In this document: one piece after another, positions 15,901-25,198 of the stretch
How the letters are laid out: each line of letters starts with the position of its first letter
Numbering within the stretch: position 1 is the first letter of the stretch
Program-made: the position numbers and the translations under genes
Notes under the pieces: model-generated
What the model was told of the DNA's origin: nothing
The model's database searches: none
The model's input: the letters and a program-made list of their open reading frames with translations, nothing else
Virus record (IMG/VR): IMGVR_UViG_3300032335_001346
Span: 1 to 38,425 of that record
DNA: 38,425 nucleotides
Reading direction: 5' to 3' (one strand)
From: a virus
Lineage: Duplodnaviria > Caudoviricetes

Positions 15901-17259
15901 CTCAATTTCTGGTATTTCGCTTTTATCTCCATTTCTTAAAGCTCTTGATAATTCTTCATAAAATTTTTCTTGAGATCCACCAAATATTTTTTTATCCAAT
16001 TTTTCACTAAATGTTGTAGCTTTTAAAATATTTTCTTCAGTTGCATTTTTTGCTCCTTCTTTTTTTATTCTTTTTTGAAAATTATAAAAAGCTTTTTTTT
16101 CTAAAGGTTTATAAGCATTAAAATAAGAAGCTTGTAATGTTTTTTTAGATATTTCGGCACTTTGGGCAGAGGCTATGCCAATTTTATTTTTATTCCACAT
16201 TAAACCCGTTTTCATCAATTTTTCAGCAACTTCTTTAGGGGCGGTTGCATATTGAGTTTGGGTTAATCTTTGAATAGGGTTTAAATTATCAATTAAATTA
16301 ATTTTCTTTAATACTTTTTCACCTTTAACAGCTCCAGCAATATCTTGAGTTATTGTTGATATTAAAGATTGTTGTTGTTTTCTAAAATCAGCAAAAGTAG
16401 GAATTTCTTTACCTTCAGCTTTCAATTGTGGAGTTAAAATATCATTATAATATTTTTTAATGGCATCTAATTCTTGAACATTTTTAGCAGTTGTGGTTTC
16501 TGGTTTTATTTCTATTTTTTGAGTTTCCGGATTTATTTGAATATCAGCAGTTTCAGTTTGATTATCTTTTTCAACTTTTTTAGCTAAATTATTAAATTTT
16601 CTTTTTGAAATATAAGCGGCACTTCCGCCTAAAACTCCAGCAAGTAAAGTAGCTCCTGCAATATTTATAGCACTTTCCTCAATTGTTCTTGTTTCTTGTG
16701 TTGCTTGTAAAATTCCTTCACTTGTTGTTGCCCCTATTGCTCCAGCTCCAGCAGTTAAACCAATTCCTTTTGCAACTTTACCAGCCTTATAAGCTTTGTA
16801 GGCTCCTCCACCAATAGGTATAAAATTTACAGGATCTAAAATACCAGCAGCTAAACTCCAAGCAATACCAGTTAAACCGCTATCTTCTAATATTTTAGTG
16901 TTTTCTTCCTCTTTATCAATTTTGTCTTTTAAAGCTTTTACTTGATTAAAATTATTAAATTCTAAAAAACTTTCTAAATATGGTTCATATTTACTACCTT
17001 TAATTTCTCCATCTATAACTTCATCAATATTAAAATTAGGATCAATTTCATTGTCAAATTTTAATTGATAAGAAGCCTCCAAAATTGAAGATACTGCTGT
17101 ATTTTCTCTCTCAAAAGCAGCTTTGGCAATTTGTCCTTGAGTGTAGCTATCTTGTTCAAATTTTATAGGTTTAGCCATTATCGGCTCTAAATTAACATTA
17201 TCATTAACTATAATGTTTTCTTCTTGGCTTAATCCTATTATTTTTCTTGAAGTAGGCAT
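12976..17259 (-). CDS. Large internal virion (DNA ejection) protein
   Basis: 1427 aa, helical, glycine-rich hydrophobic N-region, YFPR.W and QFKSF motifs; position before the tail fibre. Confidence 0.8.
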   Translation of the reverse strand: MPTSRKIIGLSQEENIIVNDNVNLEPIMAKPIKFEQDSYTQGQIAKAAFERENTAVSSILEASYQLKFDNEIDPNFNIDEVIDGEIKGSKYEPYLESFLEFNNFNQVKALKDKIDKEEENTKILEDSGLTGIAWSLAAGILDPVNFIPIGGGAYKAYKAGKVAKGIGLTAGAGAIGATTSEGILQATQETRTIEESAINIAGATLLAGVLGGSAAYISKRKFNNLAKKVEKDNQTETADIQINPETQKIEIKPETTTAKNVQELDAIKKYYNDILTPQLKAEGKEIPTFADFRKQQQSLISTITQDIAGAVKGEKVLKKINLIDNLNPIQRLTQTQYATAPKEVAEKLMKTGLMWNKNKIGIASAQSAEISKKTLQASYFNAYKPLEKKAFYNFQKRIKKEGAKNATEENILKATTFSEKLDKKIFGGSQEKFYEELSRALRNGDKSEIPEIEQLAKTARNEVISKLGKEAVNVGLLDEKILTTKPKTAESYFPRLWNKTKVIAKENDLRTLLKDKIKNILIPQVKNIELKKELNLNSRILFFQTRVDELTDYVEKVKELVNPKFKIFKIREKKLNDIEINNIKADNLIPQEYKNIFQETIFQNKGNSFDDFLDDLSSKLPDSFEIDENQIQEIYNKYITGNKSFYDIDEKINLINQYKLANKSIKENKSKSLLTFLKERGGIVDIGGELKNLGITNKTYPFLIRKEKLMGGLFFDGKQSNNQSLSSAMEAAFEAGYFPEYTTRQDITENDLIGLIRQEINGEKVYSIKDLDAQLKIEEAQEFLNYLDQYGIDINSLKEEVKIEKGNIKKSIKIEKQNTRALKENIEIKKQNARALKQNVKIEKANKLVKFNLNKLEYGLAKAEMKTLKKKIEILKKQYDKNALQVKEKFDQMGNQDQYIEEITTNIINNLKGEDRLGLIDDLGIKIAERGPLKERTLNFVQDNELEPWLENDGSKVLNYYQNTMATDIEVARAFDGDLTLDNEIARINEEYLQAKKGIADPKILKNIERERKKVINDIDSTLKIMRGMYARPDDPDSMIVRGGRIAREYNYITKMGQVAISSITDLANPIRKHGLKTWAKTLPNLITNLQGIKLNVKEAKLAGNITDRIMPERMASFSGLNDSLASNLSSFEKLISNISNGMSKINLMPLWNDSQKAFSSVVSQQRMVNAISKYDSANEKDITYLGYLGIGRDNYKIIANELKKYAYKEDGLWVANTEKWKNPEAVRIYRNALNIDVDSTIVSVGAGDLPLWMQTEVGKVVGQFKSFTFGATQQVLASGLQQKDMAVLNGLISATALGMMSYYFRKKLANKEVSNKPEVWISEGLDRSGYFGILTEYSHIADKVGLGVSTLSGVGKLSRYQTRDFASSLLGPSVDLLGNAAISVNALRSQEITEADAKAIRRMIPLNNTLILTTTMDNFEKSIANK

Positions 17260-18857
17260 TATTTTTTAACTTGTTTTAAATTTGGTTGAAAATATAATTT
17301 TTGGTTATTTTGATCTAACACTACATTCATTTGTCCATATTGATCAACTTCTACTATACCATAAATTGGTTTCCCTTTTTTAATTTCATTAGCAACTGGC
17401 TGTAAAACATAATTATCTAAATTAACATCTTTGCCTTTAACATTTTTTATAATTCTTTCAAATTGTTTATTAATCCAAGAAGTATCACCAGAAAAAAAAG
17501 ATTCAGGTGCATCTTTCATAACTCTTTTTTTTCCAACAGTAGTAATTTTATAAGTATTTTTCAATTGATTTTTAGCAAATTCAGTAGCTCCATCAAAAGT
17601 AGCATTTGGATTATCTAAAAAAACATCATTAACTAAAGTTTCATAATCTTTTTTTATTCCATCTTCAATTTGAGGATTAGATTTTAATAATTCAATAAAA
17701 TTTGGATTAGATAAATCATCTTTCAAATTTTCAAATTTATTATCTAATTGTTTTTTTTGATCTCTTAAAACTTGTTTTTTAGCTATTCGATCCATTGATT
17801 GAAATTTATTCATATCTTTTTCAGCATATTGAATAATATTTTCAGCAGGTAAACCAGTATTTAGTCTTGATTTTATTGCATAAACAAAATTTATATCATC
17901 GCTGTTAAATTGATTTTGCAATCGAGAATTAGATTCAACTAAAGAAGCAATATTTTCAGCTATTGCTATTCTTTCACTTGGATTGCCAACATTTAACATA
18001 GCACTATAATTATTTTTTATTTGATTTGGAACATAACCTGTTTTTTGAATAAAATTCATAGTCATTGCTTCCGGATTGCCATTTCTTTTTATGGTTCCTT
18101 CTAATTGCGTTTGAAAAGCTAACTCCGCCAATTTTCTATCTTCACTATCAGTAGGATCAACAACAATTTGACCATTAGCAACTAAATTTGCTTGTTTTGT
18201 TAATTCATATTTTTTTTGTAAATCTTCAATAATAGATTTTTGCTTGTCTTTTTCTCTGTTAATATCATTTTGATCAATTAACCCAGATTGCAAACCTGTT
18301 TGTAATATTAAATTTAATTCATTAGATAATTTAGCAGCATTGCCGCCATTTTGCAATCTTTGATTAACAGAATATATTCCTTCATAAATTTTATTAGTTC
18401 CATACTCTCTTTTTTTATTTGATAAAGTTCTATCAACATCAAAATTAAAATCTACATTTTCAGCATCGGCTTGCCTTTTAATTAAAGATGATAATTTTTT
18501 ATTATCTGTATAATTGCTTAAATAGTTATTGATAAATTCTTGTCTCTCTGTTTGAAAATTTTTTTTAGTTTCTTCTAAAAGTTTTGGATCATTTGGCGAT
18601 AATTCATTTAAAGCAATTCTTTTATCATTTTCAAAAGTGGCGAGTTTTGTTCTAAAATCTATTACTTGAGCAGCATTAAAACTTTCTTCTTCTTTAATGT
18701 TTTGGTATTGTATTTGTGTTGCAATATTCATTAAATTTGAAGACAATTGTTGTCCAAGTTGACTAGTCATTTGCGATGCTTGAGTATCAGGCATTGCAAT
18801 ATTGCTTTTAAAACTTGGATTTACTACAATTCCGTATGATTGAGGTATTTCTGGCAT
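17259..18857 (-). CDS. Internal virion protein
   Basis: MPEIP start, helical, in the podovirus ejection-protein position. Confidence 0.7.
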   Translation of the reverse strand: MPEIPQSYGIVVNPSFKSNIAMPDTQASQMTSQLGQQLSSNLMNIATQIQYQNIKEEESFNAAQVIDFRTKLATFENDKRIALNELSPNDPKLLEETKKNFQTERQEFINNYLSNYTDNKKLSSLIKRQADAENVDFNFDVDRTLSNKKREYGTNKIYEGIYSVNQRLQNGGNAAKLSNELNLILQTGLQSGLIDQNDINREKDKQKSIIEDLQKKYELTKQANLVANGQIVVDPTDSEDRKLAELAFQTQLEGTIKRNGNPEAMTMNFIQKTGYVPNQIKNNYSAMLNVGNPSERIAIAENIASLVESNSRLQNQFNSDDINFVYAIKSRLNTGLPAENIIQYAEKDMNKFQSMDRIAKKQVLRDQKKQLDNKFENLKDDLSNPNFIELLKSNPQIEDGIKKDYETLVNDVFLDNPNATFDGATEFAKNQLKNTYKITTVGKKRVMKDAPESFFSGDTSWINKQFERIIKNVKGKDVNLDNYVLQPVANEIKKGKPIYGIVEVDQYGQMNVVLDQNNQKLYFQPNLKQVKK

Positions 18858-18859
18858 AT

Positions 18860-19321
18860 TTATTGTGTTAAATTTTTATTTCCAACATTAGAAAAGCTTG
18901 AAGCAGACTGACCAATATTTCCAAGACTTGAAACAATAGCCATAGGCAATAATTTTCCTCTTTTTTTTCTTGCCTGCCTTGCTTGTTGTCTTAATAAATC
19001 AGCTTCAATTTGAGCATTTCTTTTAATTATGTCAATATTTTGTTGTTTATCAACTAAAGTTTTGTCAAAAATATTTAATACCGATCCTTCTAATTCAGCT
19101 CCACTAGATGCAACAGATACTTTTTGTTGACCAAGTAAAGAATCAAATTGTTTAGCTGTTTGCAATGCTTGAAATTGACCTTGTTCTTCAACTAACCTTG
19201 CTTGATCTTCTAAAGCCATTGCTTGTCTTTTTAAGTCTTTTTTTGCCATATTTGCACCATAGATGCTAGTTCCTAGACTTAAACCAGCTCCTGCAGCAAA
19301 AATAAAAGGGGCTAATGCCAT
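18860..19321 (-). CDS. Small internal virion protein (T7 gp14-like)
   Basis: Ala/Gly/Gln-rich; G.Q....A.SG...GS motif. Confidence 0.75.
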   Translation of the reverse strand: MALAPFIFAAGAGLSLGTSIYGANMAKKDLKRQAMALEDQARLVEEQGQFQALQTAKQFDSLLGQQKVSVASSGAELEGSVLNIFDKTLVDKQQNIDIIKRNAQIEADLLRQQARQARKKRGKLLPMAIVSSLGNIGQSASSFSNVGNKNLTQ

Positions 19322-21534
19322 TAGTTATTTACCTCGTAAGTTATATTTTTAATATTCATAGCTTGCGGTTCATTTTGAATTATAGTATATTTTCTATCAT
19401 ATCCCCAATCTCCAGCAACAGAGATTTTTTTTATTTCATCTTTAAAAGATGGAACTTCATTTAAATTATCATTAACAGTTCTAGCAATAATTGGTATAGT
19501 TTTATTGTCAATTTCTATTAAACCAGCTCTTGATTTAAAAAACTTTATTACTAATTCTGTAATTCGCAATAGTTTATTTTGTTGAGAACCCACAACTTGT
19601 AAAAGTTTTTTACTTTCTACTGGATAAGATGTAAAAGTTGATGCATATTTTAAACCAACATGAATTATTGAGGCAAAATTTTTTAATGTAATTTTACCTT
19701 CAACATTTACAGTTTTTGCATCAGGATCGGTTGCTCCATCGCCATTTGCTTCGACACTAGATCCTATTAAATGTGATAACCCCCCTACTTCTTGAATAGC
19801 AATTGCCCAATTTCCAGATGTTAAATTATTTGTGCTAAAATCTCTTGTTATTGTTATTGCTACTTCTGTTGCAGAATTATAAGCTGTAATTTTTGCTTTT
19901 CCTGTGCCATTTAAATTTCTTATTTCTTTACCTACACTTAGAGCAGAAAATATAGAACTTCCAGCAGTTGCAATACCACTTCCAATTGTTAAAGTTGTGC
20001 TTTGTGTTCCATTATAATCTAAGCTACAATCTAAATAAACATAATTTAAATTATCATAACTAAAATTAGGTTCTAATACTTCAATAAATCTTTTAGATAC
20101 TCCATTTATTGTTCTTTTTACTAATAAATAAATTTCATCATATTCTTTAATTGAAGGTATTATTGCTATATCTTCGACAATTCCATCAGTTTTAAATCTC
20201 GTCCAACAATTAACTTCTTGATCACTTTCAAAAACAAATTTGGCAATTTGTCCATCTTCTCTTAATCCCCAAACAGTAGAAACAGGGTTTTGTTGATAAT
20301 CAAACCTTTTTATACCGCTCCCTGTAATATGATCACTTCTAATGGTTATATCTTCAGCTTTATATTTACCTTGAACATTTGTATAATTTATTGCTCTAAC
20401 TTTTTGTTTACCTCTTTGTAAATAAAAACAACTTGAATCACAATAAATAGGGTCTACCCATTCAGATCCAAAAGCAATTTGTCTTTTAAGATCAATATCA
20501 GTGTTTGACATTCCAGCAGAGTTATTTGATGGTTTTGCCCTCCAAACACTATCTGTGCAACCAATAAGCAATACTTCATCACTAAATAACCATAAAATAG
20601 AGTCATTTGTTGAGCTTGCTATAGTTCGATTAAAACTGTCATCAGCTGTTTGTGAATTATAATCTATATCAAAATTTTCAAAATCAGAAGATTTACTAAA
20701 CCATATTTTTTGTGTTTCATTAATTGATCCCGCTAAAACAAGTCTTTGTTCGTGAAATGTTATTGCTCTTGGATAACTACGATGCAAACCAAATTCACCT
20801 TCACTCCAAGTATATAATGTTTTAGAAGTAAAAGAAGTAGCAATTGATGATTGCGAGGTATAGCCAACAGATGTTGAAGAGGTAAATGAAGTAATTTTTA
20901 AATAAGCGTAAACTGTTCCATCTCTTACAAGCCATAAACTACCAACATGATTGGCAGTAAATGGAGCAAAACCGCTAGCAGTCATTGTTCCGGTTGTTCC
21001 TATTGCACCATGGTTATTTATTGAAACTGTTCTAGTTTGCAAAGTATTTTCTTTTTGATATGGTCCATATAACAAATCAATTTGATTAAATGTCCAATTA
21101 TTGTTAGCAAATCTAATTAATTTAAAAATACCTTTTAAAGGATGAATCATCCAAATAACATCATCTTTTTGAATATATCTAATATACTCTAAATCACTTT
21201 CGGTAAAAGAATTAGCTATTTCATAAGGACTTCCACCATTTAAAATTAATGCTTGCTGGTAATAAAATCTAAAATATCCAGCACCAAGTTCAATAATTAA
21301 AACTTGATCAACCGAATATTTAAATCTAATAATTCTTGTTTTTTTTGTAGAGTCTTTTATTTCATTAACAAATTTAGTTCCTTTTCTTCTAAATAACCAG
21401 CCTTGAGGGTGAACATCAAAATTTTCAACTATTGATCCACCATTAAAAAAAGGTTCAAAATCAACTATTCCATCAATATTAGGCGATAATTCGCCAGCAT
21501 TAAACCTAGTTTGTATTTCATCGATATTAGCCAT
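19321..21534 (-). CDS. Tail tubular protein B (nozzle)
   Basis: Q..FNAGELSP, RR.GT.FV, YP....FHEQRL, VGL.Y motifs. Confidence 0.9.
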   Translation of the reverse strand: MANIDEIQTRFNAGELSPNIDGIVDFEPFFNGGSIVENFDVHPQGWLFRRKGTKFVNEIKDSTKKTRIIRFKYSVDQVLIIELGAGYFRFYYQQALILNGGSPYEIANSFTESDLEYIRYIQKDDVIWMIHPLKGIFKLIRFANNNWTFNQIDLLYGPYQKENTLQTRTVSINNHGAIGTTGTMTASGFAPFTANHVGSLWLVRDGTVYAYLKITSFTSSTSVGYTSQSSIATSFTSKTLYTWSEGEFGLHRSYPRAITFHEQRLVLAGSINETQKIWFSKSSDFENFDIDYNSQTADDSFNRTIASSTNDSILWLFSDEVLLIGCTDSVWRAKPSNNSAGMSNTDIDLKRQIAFGSEWVDPIYCDSSCFYLQRGKQKVRAINYTNVQGKYKAEDITIRSDHITGSGIKRFDYQQNPVSTVWGLREDGQIAKFVFESDQEVNCWTRFKTDGIVEDIAIIPSIKEYDEIYLLVKRTINGVSKRFIEVLEPNFSYDNLNYVYLDCSLDYNGTQSTTLTIGSGIATAGSSIFSALSVGKEIRNLNGTGKAKITAYNSATEVAITITRDFSTNNLTSGNWAIAIQEVGGLSHLIGSSVEANGDGATDPDAKTVNVEGKITLKNFASIIHVGLKYASTFTSYPVESKKLLQVVGSQQNKLLRITELVIKFFKSRAGLIEIDNKTIPIIARTVNDNLNEVPSFKDEIKKISVAGDWGYDRKYTIIQNEPQAMNIKNITYEVNN

Positions 21535-22096
21535 TTTGTCTTATATCTATCCACTCATTACTTGTTATTCCTGTTTCATTCCTAATTGCTTTAAATTGAG
21601 TCATTGCAGAATATAAAGCATCTTGGTATTCAGCATATAATTCCTTTTCTTTAGTATTAGAACCAGTTAAATTATAACAAATTTTATAAGCTAATAATAA
21701 TACAAAAGCATTTTTAAAACCTGTTGTATATTCGTTTGGATCGGTAATTCTTCCAATATAAGTAATTTTTATATTATCAACATTAGTTAAAATATATTTA
21801 CCTTCAATTGTATATTCAGGATTATTTTCGATTGAAATTAATTTAATATATTCAGGATTGGTAGGTAAAGCAAATTTATAACTCCATTCATAAAGCGGTG
21901 TGTCTACAACCTTGTTTAAAGATTGTCTACACACCGCAAAAGACCATTCAGCCTCATTCAAAATCTGATTTAATGTAAAATCATAAGCAAGTCTTAAATC
22001 AGTAGCCTGTTGGCTTGAGTCCGTGTCAATATCTTGAACACGACTCTTGCCTAATTTTAATAATGCTAGATTACATAATTCAGTTTTTGAAGTCAT
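21527..22096 (-). CDS. Tail tubular protein A (adaptor)
   Basis: SKTELCNLAL..LG, W.FA, W.Y.F.LP motifs. Confidence 0.88.
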   Translation of the reverse strand: MTSKTELCNLALLKLGKSRVQDIDTDSSQQATDLRLAYDFTLNQILNEAEWSFAVCRQSLNKVVDTPLYEWSYKFALPTNPEYIKLISIENNPEYTIEGKYILTNVDNIKITYIGRITDPNEYTTGFKNAFVLLLAYKICYNLTGSNTKEKELYAEYQDALYSAMTQFKAIRNETGITSNEWIDIRQNG

Positions 22097-22560
22097 TACA
22101 ATACAGAATATTCAATTAATATTCTAATATTGCCAGCAGCTGAACCAGCAGTGTTGAAAGTGATTGCTGGTTGAAATAACTTTTTAGGGTCAGCAGTTAA
22201 GCCAGCAATTTCCCAAAGTTGTTTATGTTTATTTTCAATAACAGGTTTTGTAAAACCATCAACTCCTTTTGTTGCAGTTGCTAAACTTTGTCCGTCCAAT
22301 AAACAATCTTTAACTATTACCGCCGCACCAGCTGAAACGGTCTCATAGAAACCTAAATCAACATCAGTTGCACCAGTAATAGCGTCAAAATCTAATTGAA
22401 TGCGGTGAATAACTGCATTGCTTGGAAGGGGTGCGCCTAGATAAAATACTGAAGCATTGCCGTCAGTTGTTGCTTTCGCAATTGTATCGACAATAATTCT
22501 ACTTCTAGCTCCATTGAGCTGGAAGTTATTTTTGTCAAGTGAGCCTGTTTTATTAGCCAT
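22096..22560 (-). CDS. Probable capsid decoration/cement protein
   Basis: Beta-rich 154-aa protein immediately after the capsid gene (LPSNAVI, DLG.Y). Confidence 0.6.
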   Translation of the reverse strand: MANKTGSLDKNNFQLNGARSRIIVDTIAKATTDGNASVFYLGAPLPSNAVIHRIQLDFDAITGATDVDLGFYETVSAGAAVIVKDCLLDGQSLATATKGVDGFTKPVIENKHKQLWEIAGLTADPKKLFQPAITFNTAGSAAGNIRILIEYSVL

Positions 22561-22591
22561 AATGTATTATAAATTAAAATTAAAATTAAAA

Positions 22592-23494
22592 TTAAGCGGT
22601 TGGTAAATCGGTTGTTAAACAATCAATTGCTACAACAAGTTTTTCTTCCATACGAGTTGCGCCGTAAGAAGCTTTAGCGGATAATTGAATGTTTTGTTTA
22701 GTGACATTTTTTTCTGCAAGAACTTTAATCTCTTGATGTTTTGCAAAAAGACCAGCTCTTTTAACATAAAGAAAAGCTCTTTTAGTGTTGGTATTAGCTC
22801 CAGCAGGAAGATAAGAAGAGTTAAATCTTAAAAATTTAATACCATAAAACTCTTCAGCTCTATTGTATTTTATTTGAGCATTTGCACCGAGTTTATAATC
22901 TTTGTTAACAAATTCAGTTTGTCCTAACAAATATCTATAAGAAGCAGTTGATAAAACGCAATAAACTTCTTCAGTCGCTAAATCAACATCATTTTTCTCA
23001 AAAATTGCAATCGCATCTTTAAGTTTACTAGTTGTTAAATCTTTACTACCATCGGCAATTAATTGAGTAGTATCAAAAGCAACATCAGTTAAAGCGCCAT
23101 TTTTATCGACAGATTTTGCAGAGCCAAGTAAACCATTTATAATAATCTGGTCTTTTTTTCTATTAGCTGCTTTGATGAAGTTTTGCAACATGGCAGATTG
23201 AGGATTTACCATTTGTCTTTGTAAATCTTCCTCGTCAATAAAATCCATACCTTCATAATCTACAGTTTGAATTGACCGCCTTGAAAATTCGGTTGGGGTA
23301 TATTGAACATCAGAGTGTCTTCCTTGTCTTGCTAATAATTCAACACTTCCAATTCTATCAAAATATTCAAGATTAGTGTTCATTTGAACATTATCCAAAG
23401 TGCTTTCTAATAATGAAGTTGATTTTTGGGTAAGTTCTCTTAGGTTGGTGTTAAAGGCAGTTGTTGCTGCCAATAAATCGGCTGTTTGAGTCAT
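22592..23494 (-). CDS. Major capsid protein
   Basis: Q...S.L, RHSD, A.NR.KD.III, GATRMEE..VV motifs of podovirus HK97-fold capsids. Confidence 0.92.
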   Translation of the reverse strand: MTQTADLLAATTAFNTNLRELTQKSTSLLESTLDNVQMNTNLEYFDRIGSVELLARQGRHSDVQYTPTEFSRRSIQTVDYEGMDFIDEEDLQRQMVNPQSAMLQNFIKAANRKKDQIIINGLLGSAKSVDKNGALTDVAFDTTQLIADGSKDLTTSKLKDAIAIFEKNDVDLATEEVYCVLSTASYRYLLGQTEFVNKDYKLGANAQIKYNRAEEFYGIKFLRFNSSYLPAGANTNTKRAFLYVKRAGLFAKHQEIKVLAEKNVTKQNIQLSAKASYGATRMEEKLVVAIDCLTTDLPTA

Positions 23495-23628
23495 AAAATA
23501 AATATTTGAATTAAAAAATAATAAAAATCGGGGATTACTCCCTCCTAATTGCTACCCTTAATTTCAAAGACTTAAATTAAGCTCCCTTTTACTCTTTTTT
23601 GGACAATGTTTGGCTTAATAATATAATA

Positions 23629-24138
23629 TTAAATTTTAATGTCAACTACATTTTTTTTATTTATTGCTAAAAATAAATTAATATCACAAATTGCATTTTG
23701 ATTATCATTTTTATAAAAAGATTGATTAATAAATATCAAAATTGCATCTTTGGTGTAAAAAAAACATTTGGAATCAGTAAAGCCATTATTAAAATATTTT
23801 GTCTTTAAATCTATTCTTTCTTTAATATTACTTATAACAAAATTCCTCCATTTATCAGCGTCATTACTTTTCCCTATAGAATATATTTCTTGATTTTTAA
23901 AATATTCTTTTACTTCCTTAATATTTCCTAAATTTGTTAAGATTTCTTTATCAAGTAAATTCACAATCAATTCTTTTGACTTTGTATTTAATGCTTTATC
24001 TACCATTTTTTTAAAATGGTCAAGTGGGGCATCTGGGTCTCCAAGAGTAAACATATATTCATATTTATTATAGACTCCTGAATCATATTTATTATAAAAA
24101 TCTTCAAGATTATTAAATTGTGTAAAAGTATTTATCAT
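23629..24138 (-). CDS. Divergent, shortened paralog of the major capsid protein (putative)
   Basis: Four colinear blocks resemble the adjacent capsid protein (see findings). Confidence 0.5.
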   Translation of the reverse strand: MINTFTQFNNLEDFYNKYDSGVYNKYEYMFTLGDPDAPLDHFKKMVDKALNTKSKELIVNLLDKEILTNLGNIKEVKEYFKNQEIYSIGKSNDADKWRNFVISNIKERIDLKTKYFNNGFTDSKCFFYTKDAILIFINQSFYKNDNQNAICDINLFLAINKKNVVDIKI

Positions 24139-24140
24139 TA

Positions 24141-24938
24141 TTATAAATATGGTTTTTTTAAAAGCTCAAAAACTTCATTCCATGCTTTTGGATCTCCTTT
24201 GTGGTAAGGATGATCTTTGTTTTTTAAAATTTGTTGAAATTGTTCTTCTGGTGAAATTGAGCTTAAATTTCCACCAACCGAACCCTCACCAACTTTTAAG
24301 GCTATCTTATCCATTATTTTATCAATAATAATTTTTTGACTAAAAGGTAAATTTTCAATTATAGCCAAATCTTCTTGACTAACATAATTTGGTAAAGTTT
24401 TTCTTGCCCTATCTGCCCTTTGTTCATAATCAAAACCCCATTCTTTTTTTAAAGTTTCTAAAGCTTGTTTATTAGCTTCAAATTCTTTTTTTTCTAATTC
24501 GACAAATTCTTGTTTGTCAGCTTCAAAAATACTATTAAGAAATTGTTGAGCTACATCTGGTTTAATTCCTAATTCCAAAGCTTTTGTTTTAGCTGTGTTT
24601 ATAATATTATCTTCTATTGCATAACCTTCAGGAAGTTTTATTTGGTAATCTTCAGGTTTAAATTGTTGATTTGCTTTTAATTCAGCTTCAATTTCAGCTT
24701 TTACAACATCGCGAGCTTTACCAAAATGTTTATTTTTGTGATAATAATCTTTAGCAATTGCTTGTAAATCTTTAGGAAAATTTTTAGAAAGTCTTTCAAA
24801 ATCAGCATCTTTTCTAATATCTTCAGGGAAAAATGAATTAAGATCAAAACTAGGTGTTGAATTTTCTTGAATTGATGGAGTTTGGGTTGTTTCTTGAGTT
24901 AAAATTGGTTGTGAAATGCTTTGATTTTCAATTGTCAT
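24141..24938 (-). CDS. Capsid scaffolding protein
   Basis: A.ELG, LKKEWG..Y, HPY motifs; between portal and capsid. Confidence 0.85.
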   Translation of the reverse strand: MTIENQSISQPILTQETTQTPSIQENSTPSFDLNSFFPEDIRKDADFERLSKNFPKDLQAIAKDYYHKNKHFGKARDVVKAEIEAELKANQQFKPEDYQIKLPEGYAIEDNIINTAKTKALELGIKPDVAQQFLNSIFEADKQEFVELEKKEFEANKQALETLKKEWGFDYEQRADRARKTLPNYVSQEDLAIIENLPFSQKIIIDKIMDKIALKVGEGSVGGNLSSISPEEQFQQILKNKDHPYHKGDPKAWNEVFELLKKPYL

Positions 24939-24940
24939 AC

Positions 24941-25198
24941 TTATAAATTTTTAATTGTTTGCAAATTTAAGTTATTATCAATGTATTGAAAAGCAATCTT
25001 CATTCCATATTGAATTAAAGCTTCTTTTTCAATATCATTAGTAAGATCTTTAGTTAAAAATTCTGGATTAATAACTAAAGCAGTTCTTAAATCTTTGTAA
25101 ACAATTTGACCTTCAACAGTTTGGAAAAGATAATTAAAAATCCTTTCTCTTTCTTCAATTTTTTTATCAATTTTTTCAATAATTTGATTATTATCCAT
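24941..25198 (-). CDS. Bbp19-like small head-associated protein
   Basis: F.T.EG..V..DL...G......YI pattern; after portal. Confidence 0.7.
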   Translation of the reverse strand: MDNNQIIEKIDKKIEERERIFNYLFQTVEGQIVYKDLRTALVINPEFLTKDLTNDIEKEALIQYGMKIAFQYIDNNLNLQTIKNL

